The notes below the pieces were generated by a model. The model was not told where the DNA came from and made no database searches. It saw only the letters and a program-made list of their open reading frames with translations. The position numbers and the translations under genes were made by a program. Shown piece by piece: positions 1 through 13,100 of a DNA stretch of 64,000 bases. Numbering within the stretch: the first letter of the stretch is position 1; each line of letters opens with the position of its first letter. Origin of the DNA: Antedon mediterranea (lineage: Eukaryota; Animalia; Echinodermata); assembly GCF_964355755.1 (NCBI RefSeq), contig NC_092672.1, positions 1,674,001-1,738,000 on the forward strand. The letters run 5' to 3'.

Positions 1-274
1 ACAACTAGGTATTGGTGTCGATTCATTCTGTTTCAGTGTATTTATCCGTTTTTCATCATCTTTATTGTTAAGCGCTTTGGAACAATCTGTTAAAAGCGAT
101 ATATAAATTTGACATTACATTTATGTCATTGCTACTGTATCTTATTTTTAATGAAATGTTGAAAGGAATTTAATTGATCCTCAAAATGATGGCCACGGCT
201 TCAGTTTAATTTATTTTGTTAATATTTATTTAATATTGTTAAATAACGTTATATATTTTTCAGCAGAGTTTGCT

Positions 275-1528
275 ATGATGGTGAAACACTTGTTGGTACT
301 GCTTTTGGCCGTCCATCAATCAACTAGTATTCAAAAATTTCCCGATAGCTTTTACTCATCAGATTCCGACCAGAACCTGTTTTCGTGGTTAGAATATTCC
401 GAAGATGAATCTTACAGCATCGGTACGGCAGAACCGTCTTCTGATGTTTCGTCTGATCCCCAGCAGCAGGTTCGCAATGTCCACTTGCAAGACGTTCCCG
501 ATAGTCTGCCTGGACTAGATGCAAACCGGACCTATATGGATTTGTACCTATGCGGTCAGTTTATGGACCTGGATGACGACGGGTCAGACTTCTCTGTCAT
601 CACGTTTGATTATGCTGGATATGAAATAAAGTTCGATCCTTGCGAACCAGTAGATGAGACATCAAGACCATTCAATTTTATTTACACGTCCGGTGATGCT
701 TCGGCGTCTTCTGATTTAAAAGCAAGTCGAGCTTTACCAACAATGTGGCGTCGGTACTCTCAATCGAATGACGGACAGGTACCAACCAATATTCATTTCT
801 TCTCACGTAAACTTCCAACCAAGGCAACAATTAAGAAATTAGTTAACTTTGTGAGTCATGGCAGTCGCGCTTCTATAACATTCTTTCTTGCTTATCTTGT
901 TGAACAAGATGGAGACGTACACAACTTGTTTACACACATTCAACCACTTCTTGACAACGGTATCATAGTAATGAAAGTGTGCGGACGTTGTAGTTACTTT
1001 TCGAACATGCCCAAAAAGAGTAGTTACAGAATGATATCAAAGTATGGAATGGGAAGGCCAAAGATGTACGTCAGAGACGGCTGTCCACTTATCCAACCCT
1101 TCCAGGTTCCTGGAGAAATCTACAACGGCCTTAACTGCGACACTTTCCAGGGTTCGTTACAAAAATGCGCCAGCGACTTCATCACACACAAGTGCCGGTT
1201 GTCTGCTTTTGGTGTATCTTTATCTGACGTCACTGGAATGAGTGGAAAACTGAGTCAAGTTGTGTACAACGTCACCAAAACATGTCTGAGGTCAACTGGT
1301 TGTTGGAAAAAAGAATCGACGAAAAGTATGAAAATATTTGATGAGCTGATACCAGTTGTTTGTTCATTTACAAGGAAGCAAGCAGACTATGAAATTGAGC
1401 GGTGTGTCACAGATGCATCTCATTTGACCTTTGACCTAAACATCCCGGTTTCTTCAACACCAACGACGCATTTTGCATCAGTAAGCATCACTGTCCTATG
1501 TATCATGGCAATAATCTTCGCATCATAA
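275..1528 (+). CDS. Uncharacterised secreted or GPI-anchored protein, single coding exon (~417 aa)
   Basis: Long ORF. A splice acceptor (tttttcagcag, ~256-266) lies just before ATG 275. Signal-peptide-like MMVKHLLVLLLAVHQSTS, acidic Ser-rich N-terminus, Cys-rich C-terminal third, and hydrophobic tail (VSITVLCIMAIIFAS). Confidence 0.75.
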   Translation: MMVKHLLVLLLAVHQSTSIQKFPDSFYSSDSDQNLFSWLEYSEDESYSIGTAEPSSDVSSDPQQQVRNVHLQDVPDSLPGLDANRTYMDLYLCGQFMDLDDDGSDFSVITFDYAGYEIKFDPCEPVDETSRPFNFIYTSGDASASSDLKASRALPTMWRRYSQSNDGQVPTNIHFFSRKLPTKATIKKLVNFVSHGSRASITFFLAYLVEQDGDVHNLFTHIQPLLDNGIIVMKVCGRCSYFSNMPKKSSYRMISKYGMGRPKMYVRDGCPLIQPFQVPGEIYNGLNCDTFQGSLQKCASDFITHKCRLSAFGVSLSDVTGMSGKLSQVVYNVTKTCLRSTGCWKKESTKSMKIFDELIPVVCSFTRKQADYEIERCVTDASHLTFDLNIPVSSTPTTHFASVSITVLCIMAIIFAS

Positions 1529-2382
1529 ATGTGTTTTTGAATTAAAGGTTGCATCAATAACATGACTTTCGTTTTCTCAACTAGTGCCTATCAAGTAAGA
1601 AGTAAATCTGGACGCGTACGCTCATGTTTCTGTTAGTCACCAATTATTCAGTATTATAACCCATAGTCTTAAACATAATGGGCATAAAACAATTCTAGTC
1701 AGACTTGATCAAGGTCAGGACTGAACCAAGAGCTTTTGAATGGACAGGCATGCATGCCAGTAATCAAGCTTTGGTGCCACAAGCTAGCTACATGAACACA
1801 AAGTGTGTTGCAATAAAATAACAGTATTCGTTATACTTACAACTTGTTTTAATAAGTATTAAATTTAGCCAACTGCTGTTACAAAAAAAAACGTTATTAA
1901 ATAATATACAGCACTAAAGTTTTGTTTAATTTTTTCAAATTGTTTGATGTACGTACTTAGAATAGCTTCCATACAGCAAGCTAAAATGTTTCATGTAAAA
2001 TTCTGCCTTTTATTAATTTTGTAGAATAAATAAGGTCAAATCCACTGATAAATTCTTCATTTTGATAAATGTAAAAACAAATTTAAATCATTGCAATTAG
2101 AATCAACTAAATAGTACCTACAGGTATTCATTCTCCTGGTATAAAGGTACACAATTGTGGATCCACGATTTTGAAATAGGGGGGAGGGGGGAGGGGGGGG
2201 CTAAAAGTAGTGAAATGAAGTGCGTGCTGAACCTAATTTGATGTCCTATCTTTTGCATTACAATTTGTGAAATTTAGAGGGCGCCCCCCCGCACGCTTGA
2301 TTCCTCCCATGCTACACGAATGTCCCTTTAAGATCCTCAGTAGTATTCAAGTAAAATTAACCATTTTTTCCGGTCATTAATG

Positions 2383-2494
2383 GAAACAATATGGCGTCCA
2401 TGTATTATGTTTGGTCATCAATCTCTATAGAAACAATATGGCGTCCATGTATTATGTTTGGTCATCAATCTCTATAGAAACAATATGGCGTCCA
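2383..2494. repeat. 47-bp tandem duplication (~2.4 copies) spanning the NAA38 stop codon
   Basis: Unit gaaacaatatggcgtccatgtattatgtttggtcatcaatctctata is repeated directly. Confidence 0.9.
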
Positions 2495-3239
2495 GGTATC
2501 ATTGCAAGACCTAATGTCCTTGGTTCTTCTTTGCTATTTTCATCTGAAATTTAAAAATAAAATAAGATAATGAAGAATATACGAAAAATAGTTACTTAAA
2601 AAAAAAACAAATAAAACCATGACAACATGACTCTGAAAATTTAACTAAAGCTCCGTCTACACTGTCAAACTTTATGTGACAAGAAAATGTGATTTGCCCA
2701 TATATGGACAAGATGATGTCATATCACTACCATAATATTTAAGCATATCACCATATTTGGGCATATCACACTTTTTTTGTTTGATAGCTTAACATAAAGT
2801 AAATAAATAACAATGATACTCACCATACACACCAACATACTCTTCACAAGTTCCTAAAATCACATTGCGATCTTTATCCGTACACAAAAATATACCAATC
2901 AATGTCCGGCCATCACTTATTATTATTTTCATTGGTCGATTCAACCATGTTTCTAATTGTTTACGTAGTACTGATCCACCTGGCGGTACCTCCTGTCCCT
3001 TCTCTACAATCTGAAAAAGTGATAATATATTAATATTTATTTTAGGCCTAGCTAGTAGGGCCTAGCTTGCCTGATACCATACCCTACCTAAGCCTTGCTG
3101 GGCTCTTGTCTTGTCTATAACAATGCCTAGCCTACACTACATTCTTTTGTGATGTGGAAATACTTTTTGACTAGAGAAAAAGGGTGAATTAAAAATATAG
3201 CATAAACATGCATACCTCATCTGGGTGCAAATCTTGCAT
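2452..3239 (-). CDS. NAA38: NatC auxiliary subunit NAA38 (LSMD1/Mak31), Sm-like fold; exons 3216-3239, 2824-3010, 2452-2543
   Basis: Hand-spliced with GT-AG introns: [13 protein letters not shown]...[40 protein letters not shown].../[30 protein letters not shown]. This matches recalled NAA38 motifs. Confidence 0.93.
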
Positions 3240-3638
3240 TATATCTTACTTTTATTAACGTTTAGTTCGAAATCTTTTTGAGTGAGGCCTCACTCAGCTA
3301 TTTGCTAGAGCTCTGGAATCGTGCAGCTGAAATAAAAAAAAAGGGAAAACCCCACCGACAGGCTGTGTCACTAATGTTCTAAAGGAAACGTAAGAATGTA
3401 TACTTATTCTCAACATTATTATGTTGAAAAACGTATTAATATATTTCATATTTATTCAATTTATAATATATTTAACGCGCGTATATTTAATCATTACTTT
3501 TCATATGCATTATCATTGTGTTTTTTTAACCAATTTTATAATTCTTAACTAAGAGTTCAAAGGTTACCGTTGTCAAGACACAACATCAACAAAGTACGTC
3601 GTGTTATCAAGAGATTTGCAAGAGTTTATTGGTAAAAT
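3240..3638. promoter_or_regulatory. Putative bidirectional promoter NAA38/CYB5D1
   Basis: Divergent start codons are only ~400 bp apart. Confidence 0.7.
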
Positions 3639-5669
3639 ATGCGGCCAAGGTATTATACTCCTAACGAAGTACTTGCTCACAGTACTTTACAAGATATATG
3701 GATTTCATTTTTGGGAAAGGTTTATAACTTAACCCCACTGTGTGAAAAATACACAGGTAAATAGACAGAACTTCTGAACCCTTTTATTTTACGCCTAGCC
3801 TACGTACTAGGCATCTTAGTGCTTCTATTTAGCTAGGCTAGGCCTAGGCGAAGCGGCCTAGGCTACATAAAATATTTAATTACTAGGCCGCTAGGCACGT
3901 ATAGCCTAATTAGCTAGTTATGTAGGCTTGGGTGGGTTACCTTCTTTTAGTTTAATTTAGTTATTAAAATATAAATATATACTGTATTTTGCTTTTACAG
4001 GTGATGTTCTTTTAAAGCCGATTGTCGCAGAAGCTGGAAAAGATATATCTCATTGGTTTGACAAGAAAACAAAAGATGTAAGAGGGGCTTCACAATCAAA
4101 GTTGTCATCAAAGAAATTGTCATCAATATTAGGCTGCCGTTGACAGCAAACAAATTACATCATCTGCGTTACAATCATAATAACATCACATTACATCAAT
4201 CAACATCATAACAATTATAATTACAAGCAATACATCATCATCCATAATATTAAAGATCTATTGTCCCTTTGACTAATTTTGTTTAAATAAAAAATAAAAG
4301 ATTTTAAAAAAGTGGGTCATTTTGAAGTATCAAAAATTAGTCGGAAAAAAAAACCATTTAACTGAAATACAGACGTTTTTTGTTAAAAAAATAAACTTTG
4401 ACTGGAAGTTTTTGATCAAAACATATCTCATAATGCAACACGCTTGTTTGGCAACTCTGTATGCATAATCATAAAACTTCCTAGCGATCTGTGTGAAAAT
4501 ACCTTCTCAACCGTGACAAGTTGTAAACAATCCTAATTAGCATCATGCATAATGCATACTCGTGATTTGAAATCTTTGTTTACTTTCGCTTGCAACGATT
4601 TTCCAGACGAAAAGTAATCAAATTAATTTACCTGTTAATTATGTAAACTTGTTGTTTTAGACTTAAAATGAATAACTTTAATATACTTTGATATGGCCAA
4701 TTTAAATTTAGAACATTTTAACTTTCATTTTTTGTGTTTCAAGGGAAGGGACAATACATCTTTAAGTTTAAACTTTTTTTTTTATAATACTTTTTCTTTT
4801 TTAGATACGTTCCCATGTAGATCCAATAACAGCCTGTACATTTCCATATGCACCCCACGGTCGTTTCGTCCACATCCCTCCACCTTGTCCTCGAACAGAC
4901 TGGGCAAATGACTTTGGACGACCCTGGTGGAAAGATGACTCGTACTGCATCGGTATACTGTCGGCTAAAACTAGATTAATTAAGATTATTAATACGCTTA
5001 CCTCTCAGGAGAATGTTATTCAGGTAAAAGTAAAGATAATGTAATTTGTTATATAATGTGAACTCTCTTGCCATTTAAAACATCTGTAGCAATATGTTAT
5101 AATCAAGAGTTCCGAAAGAAAACAATTAATATTTTGACATTTTTTTTATATATTTCAAGCATTTCTTCAGATTGTTTTGAAAATGTCTTCTTATTGTAAG
5201 CCTATGTTACTATGATGGAAAACAGCAGTCAGTTCTTCCAAAATCAGAAATTTTAACATCTAAATTTTTTAACGAGTTAATGTCATTTTGAAAACTGGAT
5301 ATGGTTGTCCTGTAGCCTATGGTTGTCCTGTAGCCCAAGAGTGTCAAGTCCAAGGGTGTCATAAAACCCTGTAGTGTCCTAAGACTAAGTGTACAACAAA
5401 AAGAAAGAATTAATCATTAAGTAACACTACTTTAACAGGTCTGTTCTGAAGAAACGATGAAAGAGATTGAGAGTCGGTACTTGACATGGAATGAGCATGC
5501 AGACAGCTACACATGGAAATACAATGGAGTGAACCTTGACATGAACAAGACGCTGGATGAGAATGATATCAAAGATGAAGACGAAGAATTTTACAAGCTA
5601 AGCATGACGGACGATGAATTTCTGCCAGCAATCCATCTATACTTCAATGACGATTTAACAGAAGCATAA
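3639..5669 (+). CDS. CYB5D1: Cytochrome b5 domain-containing protein 1; exons 3639-3756, 4001-4077, 4805-5023, 5439-5669
   Basis: [34 protein letters not shown]...[10 protein letters not shown]...[26 protein letters not shown]...YTWKY...[10 protein letters not shown]...[14 protein letters not shown]. Exon phases are consistent and introns are GT-AG. Confidence 0.93.
4254..4761. mobile_element. Non-autonomous TIR element with TTAA target site (Kolobok-like); relatives at ~12511-12826 and ~50359-50581
   Basis: ttaa|agatctattgtccct ... agggacaatacatct|ttaa. Confidence 0.7.
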
Positions 5670-6003
5670 AAAAAAACAAAATGCGACAAAAAATATAAAT
5701 TTGTAATAATGTTTGTTGATTAAATGTAAAAAGTATGACTTTAAAAGAAATTAGGATCGTTTGTTTATTAAGAATTAGAAATTTCATATTTCAAAATGTT
5801 GACCATGTACTGTATATAAGTGTTTTACACAAGCTTAAGCTCTGTCAACACAATCAAACCAGTTTGACGCCAAATATGCCCAAATATGGTAGTGATATGA
5901 CATCATCATGTTGTCGCATAAAGTTTGATAGTGTAGACAGATTTACAGGATAAATTTAGTTTTAAAAACTTCTTATATTTTAATAGTACTTATGAACACT
6001 GTG

Positions 6004-6130
6004 AAATGTCACTCTCGGCACCCAAAGGTCTCCCAAAAATGTCACTCTCGGCACCCAAAGGTCTCCCCAAAAATGTCACTCTCGGCACCCAAAGGTCTCC
6101 CCTCGCGTTAACACCCAAAGGTCAAAGGTC
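6004..6130. repeat. ~33-bp tandem repeat, 3 copies plus a partial
   Basis: aaatgtcactctcggcacccaaaggtctccc is repeated. Confidence 0.9.
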
Positions 6131-7113
6131 TCATCATATTAGATCAAGGTTGTAATCCTGCATAGTCGACAACAAAGAACATTTTGATACAAATTCAATA
6201 TACTCTTGAAAAATTTAATGTACATTTCTATTTTCTTTTATATTTTAAAAATATAATTGAAAACAAATAGATTTATACACTTGGCAAATTGCCAAATTTA
6301 AATACAAAACTGTTACAATAATGTTTACATTAAGAATCATGAAATTCTTATTAGTGACAACATCCAGGAGTGAATGCAGACATTACCTATTCTTGCCTGG
6401 TAGACATTAATGATTAGGGTGGTGCCAGAATACCCTACCACCAGTTTTGTTTTGGGTTTCCCTTATTTACAATACAAACAAGTCGACTTCCTAGTAGCCC
6501 TTTTAAGGGGGAGGGGGAGTTATATCGCGCACGCTCTGTGCATTGAGATATCAGTACCAACATGTTTTAAGATTGCTTGCCCCTTCTTTAGCTAATGTAC
6601 CAAATGTCACTAAAAGCAGTCACTTTATATTTCGTGAAATAGATTTCAGGAAATATAGAGTAACAGCAGAATTTAAAATTCAATTGTCAATAAGAATAAT
6701 ATGTACCAGTCACTATTGTTCAATGCTTGTACACCCCAACTAGTAGCATTCTATATAATGTCCACCTTTTAACTTTGAAATTAACTTCTGATCGCTACGC
6801 AACATTTTTTTTTGATTGGTATAAAAATAATAATATTCATTTCTATAGTTAAAATTATTGGGTAAATTTCCAGGATTACTTTGAAGTCATTATTTTTGTC
6901 GACACACTTAGATGGGATCACTTGATTTGAAATATATTTTGCGGGTTATGTTATTTCAACATGGCCACTTGTACACCTGCCATCCTGTATGTGATCAGTA
7001 TGTGTGCCATGTCATGCATTGCTTAACTGAGTTCTTGTTCTTCCAGAACCTAAATCGGATTTGGTTTGAATTCTTCCCGCTTCTTTTATCATTTGAAAAC
7101 CAAACAGTAATTT

Positions 7114-10100
7114 TCACCTTCCCCTTCCCCGTCCTCTAAAACCGCCCCTAAAATTTCCCCTACCTCTATCATTTCGCCACTGGCCCCCACCTCTAGAGCC
7201 TCCTCTTCCTCCTCGATTACCACCCCGATATCCACCACCCCTAGAAAACCCCCTACCCATCCCTGGACCTCTATCCCTATCACCATCAAACCCTCGCTTC
7301 GTCCCTCGTGGTCCGTCTTGATCCTGAGGGAATCTCCTATCCATAAACCTCTGATCGTGCATCAGTTCTTGTTCGTCGACCCCTGACCTTGGCCCTCCCA
7401 GACGATCGTCATCTCTAGGTCGTCTTTGTCGCAAATCTTCATCGTCAGGGTTCATTCGGTTATGCATAAAATTCCTGCGATCATCATTATCAAAACTATC
7501 GTGCCTCAAGTCCATATCTCGAGGGCCATCATGTCTACGATCATTAGACTGATCAAGGTCCCTGAAGGGTGGTGGTCTTGCCCCCCTCAGATCTTCATCC
7601 TGTGCTGGAGGTTTAAAATCTCTCCCGTCAAAATCCCTTGCACCTGAAAAGCGCAAATCTTCATCATGAAATTGTTTGTCTAATCCACCAGGGAATAAAG
7701 GTCTTATATCACGTTCATGAGATGGGCGATGAGGGTCATCCCTGGGTGGGCCGTCCCAAGGTGGCCCACCACGACCTCTTGATGGAAAATCATGTGGAGG
7801 GCCTTCAATTGATGACCCATCACGATGAAGCAAATCTCTAGGTGGTCTATCTCTAAACTGCCCTTCTCTTGGTGGGCCTTCTCTGAACGATTCTTCCCGA
7901 TGCATTGCATCTCGACCATCAAGTCTGGCTTCAACCGAAGAACCTCCTACATGCCTCATATCCACATCAGAAAAACGATGTCGCATGTCCACGTCACCCC
8001 CAGTTGGTCCAGCATCATGTGCAGGAAGGGCATCAAATAGAGGTGGTATATGGCCTTCTTTAGATCCTTCATTTGATGGTACAGAGCCTGGATGTGTCCC
8101 AAGAAGACCAGTCTTAGGTGGGCCTCCTTGTGGCTTGTGAATGGATTTGGTTTTTGATAAAGGGCTTAACATAGGAGCATTTTGACCACTTTGTTTACCT
8201 GAAAATAGTAAAACAATATTTTAAAATTATTTTTTTATTTCAATTCACATTCATCGACAATAACAAAACAAAGCACTTAAACCTAGTTAAAACATTTTTT
8301 TACTTGGATAAGTGTTATGAAATACAATGAGGGTTCTGCTATATTTTTAAAATGTCAAATTTTTTATGCAAAATCTGTATACCCACTTTTCAACAAACAC
8401 AAAACATATTCAGGAATTTCTGAAAGCGTAAATGTTTCAGTTTCAGTTTAACAGCAAGCGTCTCTGTTATTACTTACCAGACTGAGCTTCCTTCTCTTGG
8501 ACCTCTTTTGGCGCAATTCCCGGTGCTTTCTGTGCTTCCCATTTCTTCTGAAAGTCCATTGGGATGGGCTTTGCATATGGCACTTTGCGTTGAGGGGTTG
8601 GTTTCAGTTGGGCTAGCTCCTCGGCGGAGGAGTCAAGTCCTGGAATGGCAGCGGCAGCATTGTCTATCAGAGTAAATGTAAAAGAATCTTTCATTCATAC
8701 TTGTTTTTTTTTTTTAATTACATTTTATTTTTAGAGGGTGACACAAAACAGTGTATGCTGACAATCAAGGGGCCCTCTTGATGAGTGACAGTGGCTGTGT
8801 GTATACTAGTACACCGGGGTAACCCCCTACTCGTCTTGAAAGATGTACTAGGTTCTTTAAAGTGCACACGAGCCAGTTATTTATGACAGTTTGGAGACGA
8901 GTCTCGTGGAGAGGCTAGATAGCCACATAAGGCTAGTGGCTAATTAAGCGGCCTCCCCCTTAACAAATCTTTCTTTTTTTTAAATCACTTTATATTTATT
9001 TATTCGTATTTTAATCAATTTCTCAAGATGTATGCAAGAATTGTACACTCTCTGCTGGCAAAATCAGGTGATCAGTTGTTATAGTATAATATGTCATCAG
9101 GTGATCAGTTGTTATAGTATAATATGTCATCAGGTGATCAGTTGTTATAGTATAATATGTCATCAGGTGATCAGTTGTTATAGTATAATATGTCATCAGG
9201 TGATCAGTTGTTATAGTATAATATGTCATCAGGTGATCAGTTGTTATAGTATAATATGTCATCAGGTGATCAGTTGTTATAGTATAATATGTCATCAGGT
9301 GATCAGTTGTTATAGTATAATATGTCATCAGGTGATCAGTTGTTATAGTATAATATGTCATCAGGTGATCAGTTGTTATAGTATAATATGTCATCAGGTG
9401 ATCAGTTGTTATAGTATAATATGTCATCAGGTGATCAGTTGTTTTAGTATAATATGTCATATTACTGTGTTTTTGGTGGTTCTTTTAACAGTATAAGTAC
9501 AGATGTTTAAGAAGGATTCATAGTAGAGAGGTCATAGGTCATAGGTCATAGTAGAGAGAATGCATCATACACATGAGTGGAGTTGTAGCTTGGTGGTTAA
9601 GATGCTTGGCTACTACTCCAAGGGTCCTGGGTTCAAGTCCCGTCACATGTCAGGATTTGTTCTAAGGACAAAATTACAACTTCACCCCCAAAGACTTGTA
9701 ATAAGACTTGAGCATCTTGTGTATGTATGTGAACCTCTCTCTGCTGATCCCTAATGATCAGCAATTGCTGGATGGATCAACCTCATTAAATATCGTCAAA
9801 CAAAGACAACAAACAATCTTTCTCTTACCTTCCTCCTGGTTGTCCTTTACTTGTTCTAAACCCATGCCTGGAATAATTGGTAACGATGTTGTCTCATCAT
9901 CGTACTCACTATCATCAAACATTCCTTGAGGTAAAGTGTTTAAGTTATACTTATCACGCATTTTATCACCCGGTCTATTACGTGTCCAGAATTTACTGCA
10001 AAAAAATATAGTTTAAATTTTATCATTTTGCAATAGAAAATACAGGTGGAGCCCGTACACTGGTGATGTGTAGATATTCTTTTATATTACATGAAAGTCG

Positions 10101-13100
10101 GTTATAACGATGGGACTCTGTTTTGATAATACTTTTAAAAATTGCTGGGTTATGGTTGGATGTTTTATGAATGTATGTATATTTTTGGTATGGTTTTTGA
10201 TGTATTGAGTAGTGTATTTTGTTTGTTGTTAGTGTTGTATAGTTGATGGAAATGTGTGTGTCCAAATATATCATGTTAGTAGTATTAAAAGTAAAGTTGA
10301 GTGGAATATTGTGTGGGTAGATGTTGGATATGGATTTAATAAGGTCAAGAGAATTAATTTTAGGGTTGCTGATAATTAATTTTTTCAATCTTCTATCAAC
10401 TAAAAGTCGTAGTTAGTCATGCCTCGGGTCACATTCTATGGTCACCGTACAGGTAGGCTACTACATCAGTACTTCTATGAATGGATGACTAGTCGGTGAC
10501 AATAACGCTAGTTGGTCATACTCAGTACCGTTTTGATTTTACGTTCATTCGGGAAACCACCTCACAACTGTATACAATACAACATACAGCTGGACGCCTA
10601 CCTACAAAATAATCATAGTTCATATACAGAATATAAACTGAACTTACGTGGAATGATCGTTGGAACCAGAACAGAGTATATGACCAAGAGGATGCCAAGC
10701 TAGACTCCAGACAATGCTATCATGAGCCTGTTCAATACCACCAATCTCCTTCTCATGCCTTTATAAAATAGTTTTAAAAATCATTTATGAATTTTTTTTA
10801 AAATAATATTGATAGTACATTTAGAGTCTCAGAAAACCAGACAATTCATTTTAGATGATTTCAGCTGTCTACACTATCAAATTAGTTTGACAAAAAAAGT
10901 GTGATGTGCCCAAATATAGTAGTAACATCATTATGTTTTTGTAACATAAAGGTTGATAATGTAGACAGAGCTTTAGGCTATACAAGTGTTTGGTGGGAAT
11001 ATTCTGGTTTTCTATAAGTGTCCAGGCTGTATCAATGTGGCATTACAAGTTTAAAAGACAATTTGACCGAGGACCTTATTTTTACAACGTATTAGGGATG
11101 TATATATGATTTTAGAATATGATTAAGGATGTTGCCGCATCCACTCGCCGTACAGCCGTCGTAGAAACAATTAAAAAAATCAACATTTATTTATTACTAG
11201 AAATTTTCGTGATTACCAGACTTTTGCGATGCACCTGTGATGTCACAGCAATTTACGCCGACGGCTGTACAGTGAGCGCGTGCGGCGATATCTTTAATCT
11301 CGCGGTGGTTCTGAAATCATATGTACATCCCTAATACGTGGTTAAAATACAGTCCTCGGTCAAGTTGTCCTTAAAAGCTAATTATTCATTCATATATAAT
11401 AATAATAATTTCACTATAAGAAAGGTCTTGCGAATATTCAGGGAAAAGTGGTAGAAAGCAATCAGTTTACAAACTCCAGCAGCGAGCTAAGTTTAAGTTT
11501 ATTCATTCATAATAATGTCATTGTTCATACTGACCCAACTTGCCAATACAGCAACGACCCATCGGATCCACCACTTGCAAAAATATCTTCAAAGTGCGGA
11601 TGCCAAGCTACACCTGCAATAAAAGAATGTTTTTAATAATTTCCGAGTTAACTACAAATATCTAAGAATGATAACACCTTCAGGGAAAAATTTTTATCAA
11701 ACTTTATTTGAAAAAAAAAATGTGATGTGCCCATATTGATATCACTACTGTATTTGGGCATCACACTTTTTTGTCATACTAGGTTGATAGTGTAAACATA
11801 GCTTTAAGCAAAAATATTGATATATATAGATTTTGTTCGCTAAGCATGTTTTATAAATCTGGTTCTAAAAAGTTTAAATTCTTCATATTTATGACATCAT
11901 GATGTTTTCAATCGTGAATGACTTAACATGACAACTATTCTGTGTTCCTGTTCCTGTCTGTCCCTTTCAGTTCAGTTTTTATACTAAATTCAGAAAATCA
12001 AATTATTTTTCCAGCCATTTTCAAAAAGCACTAACAGAATGGCAACCAAAAACTAAGGCAAAACCAATGAGCTTTAGATAGGCAAGGCAGATTGGCTAGA
12101 GGGTGAACTCTCCTATGGTTCACATCCTGTTGGAATCATTTCCCTGTCAGAAATCCACCCTCTAGCTAATCTATATAAGCTTACAAGTGGCTTCCTTCTT
12201 GTGACCTCTACAGATGCTCAACTCTTTCATAGCCCGAAGGTCAAACACTTTCACCAGATGATCCCTAGAAGCCGTCAACAACCAGTTGCCATTCTTGTTC
12301 CACCTGGCTGACATGACGGTGCTCTTGTGAGCATGAATGGTAGCTAAGCTAAGCCCACTCTTGGCGTCCCACAGCTTCACAGGCTGCTGGCTGTCTTTGC
12401 TTCCAGACACTATGATGCTCTTTTGTGGATGCCAGTCGAGACATTTCACATCAGCGCCATGTCCTAATTAAGACAAGAGTCCATGTATTATATGAAATTT
12501 TTCTTTTTAAAGATGTATTGTCCTCCAAAATTATGAAAAATCTATAGATCTATAAAACCAGACTTTCAATAGGCCATTTTGCAGTTTTAATCAAGTTATT
12601 CACAAAACAAAAAAAAAAACAATGATTCCGCTTATAAAAAAACAAAATAACAGTTAAATTTAACCAAAAAACCTTTTGTTCGACAAACAAAAATTTCAGT
12701 TTTTTTCAGGTAAATAGTTTTTTGCCAATCCAATTTTTGTTCAAAGTGGATAATTATTATCTGACATTAAAATGCCATAGTCAACAACAATTGTTGTTAT
12801 TATTTTCTCATGGGACAATATATCTCTAATCCTTTTACATTACACTTTCTAGCCATGAATCAGTTTCAAGGAGGCAATCAAATGATATATAGTATAAATA
12901 ATTCCACTTGCATAATTTATTGTTGCCTCATTATAAATAAATTACGTACATGCAGAGAGTACACATGGACAAACTAGCCTACCTCTCAAAATCCTTTCTT
13001 CGTGGCATCGAAAAAAATCAAAAACCCTAACAGATCCATCATCCGAGCAAGTAGCAAACTTGGCATCTGTTGGCGAAAACCTTAATAAAACATAAATAAA

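Noticed and set aside
2179-2200. G-run as a functional G-quadruplex
   Set aside because: A simple poly-G tract like the one at ~35982-36003, with no supporting context.
7089-8040. Several overlapping ORFs in other frames and on the other strand
   Set aside because: Shadows of the GC-richer, low-complexity last exon of WDR33.
9023-9496. Repetitive ORFs on both strands, and a possible CRISPR-like array
   Set aside because: Head-to-tail 33-bp units with no unique spacers, inside a WDR33 intron. The ORFs result from a unit length divisible by 3.
9579-9650. Functional tRNA gene
   Set aside because: A and B boxes are present, but there is no good cloverleaf or acceptor stem. It fits a SINE head better.
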